64,000 nucleotides of DNA from Candidatus Omnitrophota bacterium (GTDB taxonomy: Bacteria; Omnitrophota; Gorgyraeia; Gygaellales; Profunditerraquicolaceae), in the NCBI GenBank assembly GCA_016208765.1, contig JACQXK010000038.1, positions 14,955 through 78,954 of the forward strand, in the 5' to 3' direction. Shown here one piece after another: positions 24,001 through 27,545 of this stretch. Numbering within the stretch: position 1 is the stretch's first letter; each line of letters opens with the position of its first letter. The position numbers and the translations under genes were made by a program. The notes under the pieces were generated by a model. That model did no database searches. It had not been told where the DNA came from and saw only the letters and a program-made list of their open reading frames with translations.

Positions 24001-26769
24001 AGGAATAACCATAGCTCCATAGCGCACTTCTTTAAAACGAAGATAATCTTTGCCCTGCTCGGTAACTAAATCTCCGACTTCAACTTCTTTCTTAACACCT
24101 GTCTGCCCATATTTATAAAAAGTAACGGTAGCCTTCTGGTTCTGCTTGGCAACACCGTTTCTTTTCCACTCACTACCTTGATAAGAATACGGAGTTCCAA
24201 CAGCAAGCTCGGTTAACCTCTGAGTACCGTCATTTGCCGAGACCAAATCCGCAAATACCATTGCACTTGCAGAACAACCGGCAGCAGGAGTTACTTTATC
24301 TTTACCAACGATAACTGCAGGATTCGCGCCTTTAACTGTATACTCAGCGCCATTCCAATTAAATTTTTCTCCTAAAATACGCGAATTAGAAAAATACGGA
24401 TTTAAATTTGCACCTTGGCCGGTAAGGCCCAAAATAATATTCCCAGTTGCCCGCATAGTGTAGCGGTCAAGAGTATGATTATTAAAAACAGACTGCACGC
24501 CATAAGCCGTGCTTGATTCGCTTCCTGTAGCAGGCTTAGGAGTTATCGTCGGCAGTGTTCCGGCGTTAATTCCCACTGCATCCACATAGCCATTTTTATC
24601 AGCGTAATAACCAATAACTCTTCCAACAGTATCCCAATCTTTTTTGTCGGCGACTCCGGAATAAGCAACTCCAGCGCCGCTTAGCGCTTTATCTAAAGCT
24701 ACCTTATTCGGCAAGCCAAACTCATTATGTCCAATATCCCATTTTGCACCAGATAACGGCGAATAAAAAGACTGCCAATAAGTTCTGTCGGCAATAGTCT
24801 GCGCGCCTTGGCCATTAAAACGCAAATCCGTCCGGCCCCCGCTATTTTCCATATTTAAACCCATCACCTGCCATGGCAAAGTGCCTCCGTCCCTAATCGG
24901 CTCAGGAAGAAAGTTTACCACCCTTTTATATTCCGGCACGGAATTTCCTTCGGGCGAATAAAATATAATCTCAGGTAAAATTTCTACTCTTTGTCCTGGC
25001 TTAAAACCAATTTGATTGAATCCCGGATTCCAACCAGCACGATTACAATAAAGAGTAAAGCCCGTGTCTCTACCATATTCATCAAGTACTCCCGAAACTT
25101 TAACCAACCCACTCTCCACAGAAAATCCATCATATTCTGAAAGCCTTACACGCGTCGGCGCAGTTACAGGCACATCACGCGGAGCGCTATCTCTATCTAA
25201 CGCATTTACTCCAGACGGATTCATTACCGCATTAGCCATAGTCCACAATGGAACAATTACCGACATCTTCCCATCTCTACCCTTATCAAAAGACTGCTCA
25301 TTTAAACTCACCCTAAAATCCAGTTCACTTCTCTGCTTGCTGATCCATACGTAACCAGTATCCTTGGCAGACCTGCTGCGGAAAGCGCTCTCAGCATGCG
25401 CCACTTGCCCATTAGCCTTTGTTTCAAAACCTTCAAATTTACCTTCCATAGGAGTGGCAAAAAACTGTCCAGTCTGCCCTTTTGCCGCCGGAACAATAGT
25501 CTTATTATTAAAACGCGCTTCCACTAATCTACTGTTGCTGTCAAAACGCTCCTGAATAGCCACAGGCTTTGCAGCAGCGGTGGTATCGCTAATAAATCCG
25601 TAAGTCGCCCTCCACTCAGCGGTCTTTGCCGGATTTGTAGAAGCCTGCGCAAAACCATAGGTGCTGCGCACGGTGTTTGCCGGCCTCTGATTAGGATCAT
25701 AAAAAGTAACGCTCATAGACATTGGCGAGCTGACTTGGCGGGTAATATTGACATTTGCATTGTTAGACCTGGCATCGTAGGCAACAAAACCTGAATTATA
25801 ATTATTTGTCGCCGGACTGCTATAACCTTGATAAGAATTGCTGAATATCTCATCTCTCTCACGCAGCCAATCTCCGGCCCCTCTTATTTCCTTAGCCTCT
25901 TTTTCAGATAAAATTATATCCGTGCCTTGCGGCTGGGCAATTAAAGCATAGCCGCTAAATTTTTCTGCGAATTTTTCGGTCGGCAGAAATTCTTCTTTAT
26001 GCTCGTCACTATAATAGATCTTATCCGGGGTAATCCGGGTTACTAAAACGAAATGGTCTTTTTTAAAATGCGCAATGAATGGCGCTGCATTTGCTGCATT
26101 AGCCGAATTGGTTGAACTAAAATCTAACTTAACCGGATAAAGCTTGTCCCCAAAAAATTCTGCTGATTTTGAAAGGGCAAATAAAGAATTCTTAATTTCA
26201 GTTGGATTTCCTTCAGGCTTAACAATGTCATTTAAAATATCAAAGGTTAAAGCCATAACCGCCACATCCTGCTCCTGAGCGCTTATTCCTTTGTAAACTA
26301 AATAATCAAATAATGCCTTTGCGCCGCAAGGCTTGCCAATTAACCAATTGTAAATTTCTTCAATGCGGCCCTTAGATAATTTTAATGGCTTGGCTAATTC
26401 AATACTCTGTGTGGGAGAAATCTTAATGCTTGTAACCGGCTTACCTGAAAGGTCAATAAGGACATTTTTAACTGCTGTGGGGACATTCAAATCTTGAGGA
26501 TTCCTGACAATTGAGGCAGGGCCCATATTAACTGAAGGAGCATAAGGTTTGTTCCAGAGTACACGCCAATCATATTCAATGGCGTGGGCAACCTGCTCCG
26601 GTAGAAAAACCGCTACCAGGATAAAAGCAACAACTCTGATCCAGCCTTTGAAATTTGAATGAAATGGTGTTTGTTCGGTTTGGATTGTAGGATTTGTAGA
26701 TTGTTCAGATGAGATTACAGTTTGTGGGACAGGCCTGCGCAATACTATATAAAAAATAATTGAGAGCAT
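1..26769 (-). CDS. Giant multidomain protein 1, 3'-truncated by the window edge (at least 8923 aa)
   Basis: ATG at 26769 follows a GGGGAGG RBS and reads MLSIIFYIVLRRP...WIRVVAFILVAVFLPEQVAHAIEY. The same frame is open at bases 1-60 (LIPDVYKQLSQLEVENNVKM) and in every stretch I translated. The ORF track lists no terminated ORF in this frame, which implies no internal stop. Confidence 0.92.
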   Translation of the reverse strand, partial: MLSIIFYIVLRRPVPQTVISSEQSTNPTIQTEQTPFHSNFKGWIRVVAFILVAVFLPEQVAHAIEYDWRVLWNKPYAPSVNMGPASIVRNPQDLNVPTAVKNVLIDLSGKPVTSIKISPTQSIELAKPLKLSKGRIEEIYNWLIGKPCGAKALFDYLVYKGISAQEQDVAVMALTFDILNDIVKPEGNPTEIKNSLFALSKSAEFFGDKLYPVKLDFSSTNSANAANAAPFIAHFKKDHFVLVTRITPDKIYYSDEHKEEFLPTEKFAEKFSGYALIAQPQGTDIILSEKEAKEIRGAGDWLRERDEIFSNSYQGYSSPATNNYNSGFVAYDARSNNANVNITRQVSSPMSMSVTFYDPNQRPANTVRSTYGFAQASTNPAKTAEWRATYGFISDTTAAAKPVAIQERFDSNSRLVEARFNNKTIVPAAKGQTGQFFATPMEGKFEGFETKANGQVAHAESAFRSRSAKDTGYVWISKQRSELDFRVSLNEQSFDKGRDGKMSVIVPLWTMANAVMNPSGVNALDRDSAPRDVPVTAPTRVRLSEYDGFSVESGLVKVSGVLDEYGRDTGFTLYCNRAGWNPGFNQIGFKPGQRVEILPEIIFYSPEGNSVPEYKRVVNFLPEPIRDGGTLPWQVMGLNMENSGGRTDLRFNGQGAQTIADRTYWQSFYSPLSGAKWDIGHNEFGLPNKVALDKALSGAGVAYSGVADKKDWDTVGRVIGYYADKNGYVDAVGINAGTLPTITPKPATGSESSTAYGVQSVFNNHTLDRYTMRATGNIILGLTGQGANLNPYFSNSRILGEKFNWNGAEYTVKGANPAVIVGKDKVTPAAGCSASAMVFADLVSANDGTQRLTELAVGTPYSYQGSEWKRNGVAKQNQKATVTFYKYGQTGVKKEVEVGDLVTEQGKDYLRFKEVRYGAMVIPEEIKFDEKDSAQNKQADIKTLPITSWSTKEINPKSDTERYHSKGASGGLQRAAIFEVNSANLGTNINFSPMFENTRHAIGSDIREFVSGEQGRTGTIIAAARKDGGSLKGQTFTLNENGFVKDRGFQSGWRGINASGNYYVDLTDRNNVALRHVTLKGVSFWVEDGGKKWLDFKVRSLTMPGGSVQDLVAGVNAAGKPYLQFGGDNELVLAQTPQPELRKDESGNDNNKVSYSHRELTLSKRSGVLRSSGVQIADISVSQLNSASMNLSGDFRNSTLHSTFSGDASLTVQLSRNNDSLAKGGLAFVRAGDKAVFNADGTLETKLGGYWQPLDGKIKGIDTSARFMTEPGKWRAVTGVEGDGTKQVSVTLANGKQAWFGERSQGQETNASPQDKESSATATARHAQTMHLGVDGNLSGVSSNYIAGLSYNFGGSISQDLRNYTVVNQGYKGDKNLVRQFRDKDAVSYAAADGGLTFTGTKGEQVSFDAKGQIKGGHAGYWQPLDGKKYTALFTDVYEKRALGEFAKRVSWDAAGNIKGIDTSARFMTEPGKWRAVTGVEGDGTKQVSVTLANGKQALYAQTTGGQQETGVGEDKVEKPVAANRGLNTLSLGVDGKVSGASSNFLTRLNYNFSGSISQDLRNYEIVSNGFKGNLKYQAILDKDGKVVGSNDLVFDGSSKVSFDSNGQISSGAISQGGAVFKVRDGQLVMPEFEQGAFDPLAALGALGKEQNLDQWLRNFIKANRGRPIPKEEGADRLVMLTLKWLDTNGAKASWQDLDGVLRGLKKTEEDKVAFIKAFILLNTALTKELKDPSTGKVNCVAATTLFYQLAELTGLKGRVTSGIIDGLEEPHVAGLFRNKDGKLIPVDLTHRETTVDSKGRIVDVRELITRPEAYDGLPGNKGTVRIVVYKDGKLLHLTTSEFNAANGKSLSGFHVMQMYYTEMAKRTVDPVTRSAYLAKAEQFGPTNIFPDLACMLVSRYLAAGGVDNKARAIQYANIANKFNIQLGAGLTSIMNIVVKAQAAGDLDKVIVTQDGNQLSISYQEGKTRKKTEVGAPLLTDYMPYGLEVLPGTGLRQVKTPQGEMAYMFNGARVYVKGETEIDGVRYLCLSGAQYSNKLFYVSLANASGTQLSEDVAFASGEKGRWVRSLNRGVFEQYIQIGDTRYTLQPWLQQLGFAYDCYRSADGKMKWLERKTRKEANSGTLLASTEALSVQTRGKVLREMLSNNPRAAENMVALFNTTDSWRGQMAFWRSDSERSRKLLVINPQTGIMEYISFSDIDVSSGEVRVFNNYALRTSYAQAQRVFMGAFAERALKHGYIPIAVVDDAVTTRSAAIYGGAAAAYVAGTVLSATGVGAPTGVSLIMIAGAAAYSIAGAEILKYGLTGETLTWSERVTAGVLGAAPAALGKAAQFARASASVVSGAGVGAGAMDFTEAAVNVVQASRLARVAGVATQIIAASGRTLESGATFAYASYALGNAGSIASSGRPLTFGEGAVSLASGYIPSAVGQLRGVGALGKGMSYLIGAQKASRAAHIGYSLGWAGAGGLINSAVNGWSGRNFLEGAAVGFVARNIAYLSYVSSARLFGLGLNEAEKSATFQWIWKTPLRGNLIYSAGWSAAGAGIYPFFTKEGHTWSNALKGAGLGLVARWGGVALLKPSFATGNIFLKVSEKTNEISKLRLFGNGAVRLLTHPLTVSTALAKYDLAGVKYDLDANGRVVAESVKGGNLDFLGPVLRGVLVNSGRNFIGVFSGQRSYSKTNAVIDQLKMQERKQVTDYLRDVQQNSSFGWMRAAVGAYLYSFADTFAQAASGSYSISAAAHPLDTLHGLISFADHAKQMLIDQTGEVPTATGAEWGMFLGGLIGATKGYKTMATRISESEYFNIPKGLLKGQTYKLIGTDTGLRITNYKFTQRLGAVFVKTHSDAANLVVWNTVFSTFVGNAMSGGQFSLEDVSRQVTAMAYSMDTVAKGAFGLSAVFNSLGLVSGELGKTRAGKFWNSLGEKEAKYNSRRGWAIGTSVGMIVGGYGLYRWGMSNSPKDKPSESWNYVADAGLVLAGIGGLLMMKSLSGVLSSRAFVARKERLPGTTESALERSLLGRTEAKYFGTVANGLEGWKALGHSVAYYAPYISLGVASGIYANYKLTGELFGDGWKTDVIAGAAFGVGLRNVFPILRLAGQAGLLAGNLASGAALFYGTKKMVDGKLEEWAWKLDPQKRKPDFAEATRPYLFEEQKVFMIEEDEYGQKKLDTTKEKVLVERDGKKLEVYPYKYKEAGKLNHWRYALFLGANMLGATKIGLIARETYIKGPLEPQIGFGRGAAKGIRENVINGGEKMWDWVFSSRRKGGVPPGEGHASSAVGGVNAGATTFWKSVSSPQFVIPVATALTGLATYGFSGTKYGENIGKAMMILPALYFVSKVGKFKLSDIHLFGVEHPIISSTLMIGAGYGLEHWGAVEGTFGLKGATIGENGADLGLIVGRIGTGMKWLGTVNLVASVASRIPGLRDSFLDKTSRQVAGLSLAGTKGIAWDFALRGTMINLFTVIAPLQGVVESLSAFTKTYISPAAYGDWEKSLLNFTYGAFWITPEESKQGKGPASRDKYAVLLGAFDKAGSFESKLRVAGRIAERAYFAGLFGSYAEGDNIQDNKKKIGDIKVDSFDQAPKTLSGFFKKVDRTNLIFSATLAGLQPFAESAFGAIKWRNFGYKFQAIGKGVEETLGAGMLLKSSPRESSLGAGKIIGQRLYSMVVTGTVEETVTEQFIQAALNFLPFGAFLSPSKASQLSEILQEILSPNGMAGRVNVFSRGQAIDYLKKKIYNAENAKNVLNKRLTEGSNARGSENRLRNGRPIALTTEMVQTRQAALNDMITQYRAALNNVRGLALFTSTPEEVSAAMRPSLQRKAEILIARGQAAVDERWGVGMWQAAMRGKRGRVNLMPANSIRNEETNAVTPAQVDKETGDFRLDAAMNFNYKVSSGGRLSVTTNVVGEYNVGGGAHELHHSVIDYVQHDTRRIIDNNTRLQYEGFLNQFQNRLGLDNEEFQRVDLGITEWGLNEALVQYYSMVDLLHFLDQDKNLHLAKFCPGSYNIQDLIQRTINQGGNSLLSLSERMLEMENTGEAMDYIIDFVQCTNGNKIKFVTPTAQTNGQQPEEDDDTSSPIIMNLKRKPVYGLPPEVESAKDKKIIASSSVLAALSDSKENASSDVPLSATDKVGIPEAQKVVSAAIEASRGRSPPEQAITVPVVTPVVIPSVTPASAQRATFSSVGRMKSYLAKLFIPLALAVIIFGGVKLSPVTGTLANNVSGATPKAVSRVVQVSRPSNFILNDENQQIERVVKASPAVVKATQFTKQKDNAPLVPLIRSLQEVKDSSLINLLKRAAFFVQPPENNQAVDKKIIVSSAVLTALTGKKEVVLSAPIATPVVTSIVAAYVSPRNIINQSSSAINSNDLRKGLRWTAAGLSLTSVGVLGSMFAIDHAPSIEILSYVQGGLLTTVAGLGTAVRTIDLVSGNNSSKGAWLSQLAITLGTPLDVFFGGAVSQVGNAMQIAGASYSVVKEKGLARWANVIGIGFDAFDIVQGHTLERPAKSGIDSGGVISETVDEMISRDAVGKIKFNPVKFLIPVVVAALISGGVKFGLVTGALADNVKSASPKAVSEVVKVGNPSNLVVRGENNHIVRTIKVDHAVVKAVPVAVDIQKKASASSAIVSSPTAQATRFTLNKRTQSVTYPGRLGLVHQDVVGYLQSAGKAPEQHLTIVDLGIGHSGAPTVFEFARVLSDAGYRNVDLIGVDNTVKHLVSARDRLEREEVPVGIRMDFGINDNFLLFPDVRSFAGRGIRALRDGVDLILTANVLGHYWEPEQQKTAIWAMTQALKPEGALVVAGGNKFEVKLINKFLYSYGIDYYSKAGELLSARRFEKINPLYSSRASELEYKQHFSFRDPAVRRTYFAGEFSSKPVASLAWQTLAQQSRQPVVVDVSASSVLVENEEVKAIASLAQAMVAAKRQGNAAASPVVVENGQRFIELAPEHRTEIAKFAAIKEQLVEARANIGKAMAEGASVDKIRELAGVLDSVSNEVMKWINEAIAKKDADPVLAIIGLSFKTSGDNYGREGGRQFSAFDSYSAAFGLQSYVELFNGSSENEKKEVLEMIFESASDLEGRMSLDLSLFNNNNPKLPLRIVAFTDGYLAREVIDVDAVLDQASSPVQSPAENQLPANLPVAPARVPVPTSIGAVVGGLGTFAEMLGSSPALPLVIKPATEGLVVSSSAIMSTVAGTQLFGQAGGVNVATGISPMSGRGNRQAGRKLGALVGSSAVGAIVGARGAAESRSNETGLPVAANVGAVARTVGKSRGSSSAIIGLRREDDKLPLIGESASSSIHTRNQILVEKYGARGPPADYPLNQTVSSAIPVNYGAVVRIGSSSVSLSSIYQLLKYYLKEIISAFISNEPHFTPSVAGMVDEAIVVYAGRQKASLQGLTSFGACVTTKTTASSGLSSIFVADFSLSGILWTLTCVSFSAAAFYGFIRKNMRFAALSSSIVIFNFAFNFANLNWFFHNWFYNFLDVSVYMGFALGLVELSRYIKENNSELENGLAAKPITQISVIGANIAAAVFFSLLSAQEILTKYESTRNFIHAFYWKNLTYDPYDILAYAAGTLLLVLYNRWTAEPKESMGKRDVGLQGLLRNQKPVRRNRSRSTSSPITNLTKPYSIPSVAGTIVKAIVVYAGRQKASLQGLTSFGACVTTKSASNAVTKILNYSVAVEPQSNLTTYFKLTGGAKCVDLTIQKLILTTWWNSLKTQLSLPRVETTVICGFSLLTTARVMSIAVMAGQIPGKYSQIMTVIWSLNDSSLPAAARSRSTRSTQKGRSNRVAGHVSPVTSHLSPVSGKAASSALNNDLGAVARTEGSSSAVIDLSDTLFKESDGVVELFNVFVDEFEEVVKLARETGAKITKKFLNELFERMFDARFINATKKQRNNLRNQAIEAVTAGHASSALTNNVGAVVVASSSVDEVTRELPVSEESKEMIKVFLSEFTVTLDKFKDALSKYKKNNKKGLTALEQLIIGFSKSIEGGRKRTKTDAQDIFGMLCQTITKISEYDLNAAMFVINGALYRLKKVSEPEKRKEAFAWIESEIGKMEFVLASINAGANFVKAHRDNNELLIDIKGTFLLNLETLRGRNLRKAEEVVREFMKDYIMVITRDQNVDPEQTTFRERGILFIEMFTKRFADNEAFIIDLMKKAVTASSAVGAVVAINTTQASSAVVEMGWSELFRAFFKTLNHFMGNSIGPIVGNIKLMQDPAYASYLASPDVIKSEIIDGCQSMLKFIEEVLSMEQPSVAEIASNLDPDPVLFVESIKNITGAPASVKLTDNTWDEIKKEILLPRLNFLKNQVKYILNFVDTIDGDNEARNTVGTAGETMRYAVAEFENKYRDMVEIPGLVLTSIFSAHMLLKEYSGSYGISGERDIKIVEDSVLFKILLDIGYERSYIHAVLAKRGLKVFFAHERDFGKKESNGDHPIGAVVYRYDENNNNIVVFCFGVINSRRNEYLSPILLLKFLSLILVDWKQEKEIAKYHGTDFNPTVSIVVDPRIGDGAFFKAFNFSKNGNVFSKPFDAIVKSSSPVGALMVTKTGTSSPVGAVVGAIASQEAAKSSSALFNNFGAGKYLSDVANKGLIRAGPVGSLVTICSSSSVRNLVVKTVKIASVATIIILFGLLVNIKGFLPLLPVVLSAASFGLLYASFTARKNIRLNPQTQITPAAALKKAMPAALYVAAGTLLIIGGLKITPLIISAGLLAKLLPSVVIMLGISMLLTASFLTKHGVEYSGVKFLKLAFGMLLTRLIALRLAHQAVHTQKTLGERHSFRDLFSIRHFTLKTRAAYIGLSLAVVLTSGIASVKLIIIAAVLGYTMPYLWNVLRNFFFDRALYNAERTGLIFKHHDNQLEAAQTEFINNLEKKLAAEYANLSWPAKAVLHIAFFFVRLNVAFPVLSATTMFFFGRLQLILLSSLLGHIFAPVILGDAVINSLPAVYGIKFLEPYLSALHLSYHTGDIFGTLAIVFGLKVINLGHIRNRIIEFWLGRSINVMSYYQALNSDKEQVREKAKADLEYIISRGAMGNSLFEKVVMNGLGKKVARISSRQWLYLKADIVALAVILAVVTPIVLMLKFPVLLPLGLLGLGLYVAQSIRKKAFFADPYKNLWVSLSGEFFSSMLYMWTIGAEINAVIASGGFLAEHPVLKHFGGTELDIIGRSLEGENGAISWGSHALNSVNQFVGADLTEFAYSLVSGNKEPGIFATAYNFYPLYQNGQILKNKDGHILPGGLNLDDFHALYVGRKPLSKELDRNETAKLLESFKGRFNFDRIFSHSRRANIIRVIDRVYRVRINSADDLRRLLRSANLDEIISGFGMVGKDSKNLLNIRHAFSVRAVKAQEGISERARRLMLMSVEYKFKALAQADDVQKERFMILARIVDLDLQDEVLRENNSAKEKSEDNQLSRRIALLELEINNEKGAVKLEGLRKQKHALELFLAQRKVYRLERATTEEFMAELSAQGFGGVSGQEAEMFRETALQQAYDELAELKDKKPAVPVTEPANSIDIRDQIRQQEEQGTKAQDRQIVAAPKAPAQVVINKGVKVPGQVPVETTMSRAPPAKQANNTFGQKAKAVVLASALFLNSLGATEAFAAAVPAAVPAPAPVARRPDPVAVPRQAPAAPADIIYTIKSGDTVSKIAIRYGIKWQDLYDYNKGVIGANPNRIFPERQIKIPVSARTAAPAQTAQPQPADQAVKSGPTTGAKASPEPAVTPKPKPAPYKPLDYSGIRDLGSVPQALAALGRRIPRELDLTKKADDLLIPLQTISTDLEALKARVHLLKSPKSWDKKYNGFWDYIKAFRAFEAAKEQVLEQIRGLETTIARKASYIRVEKGEFELKKKTAKYEKYLKISRYDAQRKAFLELMPVSFADDPAEFGKTYLYDFAVLIDALTFAGENKKAAELLRLFTRFFGDGKNGFYNAYILSDLRHIENKSAGPLAHMIIALCNYERTSGDGTYRHVAENIARFMQKNLLTSANGMTMFRFTNNKEDYLDLYNVVSTEHQISSYAAFNQLYALTGDVDYKLVRNSLQDYLTAAYITQEGYFKVGYRIDTNTWDTDYANDLNSWAILAGIAGPAQEQMLDFVEGQVIKVDYRKQGEKIKVEGLPFGRARLDQKQVVTFEWTSFAALAAAKTGRVKLSRRLLDSQNRAAVNGMLEYATEPDVSTYFGWSTSRGRALVSSLWNLLAQSGANIFDPHCSGAKINAGNLDSMLKNFSFSEETYRLKQAEYAVFDMVRSLYGAQSWVKEIQERLAMTEKEREDLINLAPIIKIGPGGLFNSLFSFNFGSFPLFGDDCNLGIGLQLGGKYGAIPSLLNNVYGLSKNGISIIGTLAAADAIIDLYSAPKMEKLEERGGIMYLDGREFNAGILSAAWPKALLNMRYDPKTGRVIKGSEEETVTPVKVDFPWEKVTNVISRLLHLKSPFERKDYKAIVFLGTQQLLAYRQAFFNKNADDVYFAIRQGKYQYIVKHNLSSREYEIISETLMFEEETRKFLQDVGWYMHDGEAIVLPSILRLNYARNYVNSIQEGKFGAEVNPVTGEVYEVRREQDIPPVVYDAKGLPLDPYAGNVKMPSLNLALIRWAMEMGETGKQKFAVLFDGDNVDIRTGDQGLQVKVAGKEFKFKSGRREIVFSAGTRYVEIDGEKVLVIAEKEINVPIAIVYSTSPRIPTQFIYDKKELVNIEIVGEPEEIRFDNGLKIELTTGTALRWYYDEKASPLGAGIIEFAKDQDYLSNEAVVENDFSRLATQPFGVKEGEMLPVLEGDKPFEDAARRDPNAKADHLTRLTNMYWDEVFKLMQMRRELRGFSDIYQAIAADAVTEDRLRFYSDLVDGLEFWRRQIEIEMGGKRTVSLADLDQNLDKTMVDLQKEIDDRNSWRPALLAQIATYQSEVNQYKALRTQAEQAHNQFLVNYYTGIIDQYETILIPDVYKQLSQLEVENNVKM
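2200..3240 (-). other. Six-hairpin (alpha/alpha) glycosidase-like domain within giant protein 1
   Basis: Translation shows KTYLYDFAVLIDAL, GFYNAY, SAGPLAHMIIAL, VVSTEHQISSYAAF, DLNSWAILA and VTFEWTSFAALAA, a motif order I associate with six-hairpin glycosidase-like proteins. By-eye only. Confidence 0.5.
3793..3933 (-). other. LysM domain within giant protein 1
   Basis: YTIKSGDTVSKIAIRYGIKWQDLYDYNKGVIGANPNRIFPERQIKIP matches the LysM consensus and is flanked by Pro/Ala linkers. Confidence 0.9.
9458..9727 (-). CDS. Small hypothetical protein (89 aa) nested out of frame inside giant gene 1
   Basis: AGGAGGTG at 9732-9739 places AGGAGG 6 nt before the ATG. The product has globular-looking composition, while the giant frame over the same bases reads as atypical S/T/R-rich sequence. 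Confidence 0.55.
   Translation of the reverse strand: MCRPNYSEIDFDHMVEFTKDSTIFAAGRDNSHLRLFLINDRTGNVYSRNGRADSWEILTDNDRDMVLKRLIIACRGKIPVYKINAERPL
9826..10720. repeat. Two copies of a ~125 bp repeat with an 80 bp identical hairpin core (9826-9905 and 10597-10676)
   Basis: The core reads GTTGT-C-ACGCAGG-CGCC-GAAGG...CCTTC-T-GGCG-G-CCTGCGT-AA-ACAAC. The copies are 771 bp apart and in the same reading frame. Confidence 0.9.
12200..12900 (-). other. Class I SAM-dependent methyltransferase-like domain within giant protein 1
   Basis: LTIVDLGIGHSG (motif I), LIGVD and DLILTANVLGHY...ALKPEGALVVAG. Confidence 0.7.
22277..23025. repeat. Intragenic repeat with a 600 bp period
   Basis: 22277-22398 is identical to 22877-22998. 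CTTACCATCTAATGGCTGCCAGTAACC occurs at both 22486 and 22999. Confidence 0.9.
25940..26340 (-). other. Peptidase C39-like domain near the N-terminus of giant protein 1
   Basis: PCGAKAL (Cys 26326-26328), NSLFALSKSAEFFG, PFIAHFKKDHFVLV (His 26053-26055), IYYSD (Asp 26005-26007) and EKFAEKFSGYAL give a Cys-His-Asp layout typical of C39. Confidence 0.8.
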
Positions 26770-26884
26770 GCGCCTCCCCTTACCCCAAATTTCTTTAATC
26801 ATCGCGTTTATCTTCGCGCTCGTCATAATTTAATTAAAGAGAATTAAAATCTGTTTGTGAAACTGTTTAATAAGCAATTAAATA

Positions 26885-27056
26885 AAAAACCGGATTGTCA
26901 AAACCTTGTCTCGGTTCGGCAACCCGGCCATCCTTTGATAATACTCAATTTATCTTTTAGGACCCGTGGCTTTGCGCCCCCCGATTACTCGTCCCGTTCA
27001 ATAATCTTTCTAACGGGATCCCGCTTTTTTTGCGGGAGGGTTTGCCCTTCTCGTTC
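26885..27056 (-). ncRNA. GEMM-I / c-di-GMP-I riboswitch (G20) with enlarged P2 and an overlapping intrinsic terminator
   Basis: Minus strand reads GAGAAGGGCAAACC...GGGCGCAAAGCCACGGGTCCT...AGGATGGCCGGGTTGCCG, followed by GACAATCCGG-TTTTTT, which pairs with CCGGGTTGCC. Confidence 0.85.
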
Positions 27057-27076
27057 CAACCTCTAATTGCATATTA

Positions 27077-27105
27077 AGTATATATGATGCTTACAAGTGT
27101 GTCAA
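27077..27105 (-). promoter_or_regulatory. sigma70 promoter for giant gene 1
   Basis: TTGACA-17 nt-TATACT lies immediately upstream of the riboswitch. Confidence 0.8.
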
Positions 27106-27211
27106 GTATATTTTTAGTACTTTTTGAAAGTGTTTTCTTTCTACTCTTTTCTGCGGTTACCGCCCTATTTGCAAAGGGTTTAGTTGCTGATTAATTTTTG
27201 TTTCCTCTTTG

Positions 27212-27417
27212 TTGTCATTCCCGCGGACACGGGCATCCAGGCATTTAAACGGTTGGATTCCCGCTTTCGCGGGAATGACAAACCTCCCCTACGATTTTCG
27301 TAGAGAGGTGTCCAATACTTCTCTATTGTCATGCCCGCGGACTCCAGCGGCCTTGCCGCTAGGCAGGCGGGCATCCAGGCGTTCCAATAGCTGGATTCCC
27401 GCTTTCGCGGGAATGAC
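27212..27417. repeat. Two REP/dRS3-like palindromic elements (27214-27279, 27328-27417)
   Basis: GTCAT(T/G)CCCGCGGAC...GGGCATCCAG...TGGATTCCCGCTTTCGCGGGAATGAC. The same family occurs at 35420, 36147 and 42111. Confidence 0.85.
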
Positions 27418-27426
27418 GAGCATGAC

Positions 27427-27459
27427 GTCATCCTGAACGAGCCACGCGAGTGAAGGATC
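27427..27459. repeat. REP-like element of the GTCATCCTG...GAAGGATC family
   Basis: GTCATCCTGAACGAGC...GAAGGATC, with relatives at 35543-35577, 37090-37125 and 47797-47820. Confidence 0.7.
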
Positions 27460-27469
27460 CAATAAGCTC

Positions 27470-27536
27470 AGATTGGACAATTATATTGGACTTTATTTCA
27501 CTTTGGACATTTTACAGGCATTTAATAATGTCCAAA
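27470..27536. promoter_or_regulatory. Cluster of TTGGACA motifs including an inverted repeat
   Basis: AGATTGGACA at 27470, ATTGGAC at 27485, and TTTGGACATT...AATGTCCAAA at 27502-27536. Confidence 0.5.
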
Positions 27537-27545
27537 CTGAAACCT

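Noticed and set aside
23676-24020. 114 aa minus-strand alternative-frame ORF
   Set aside because: It has no clear RBS or motif, and the giant frame reads as normal protein.
1-26769. Apparent 27 kb gene desert, pseudogene or stop-codon recoding
   Set aside because: It is explained by one unterminated ORF in the standard bacterial code; neighbouring genes end normally in TAA, TAG or TGA.
27180-27480. Short ORFs with SFPRKRES/WIPAFAGMT peptides (also 35334-35701 and 42094-42741)
   Set aside because: They are translations of REP/dRS3-like palindromes.
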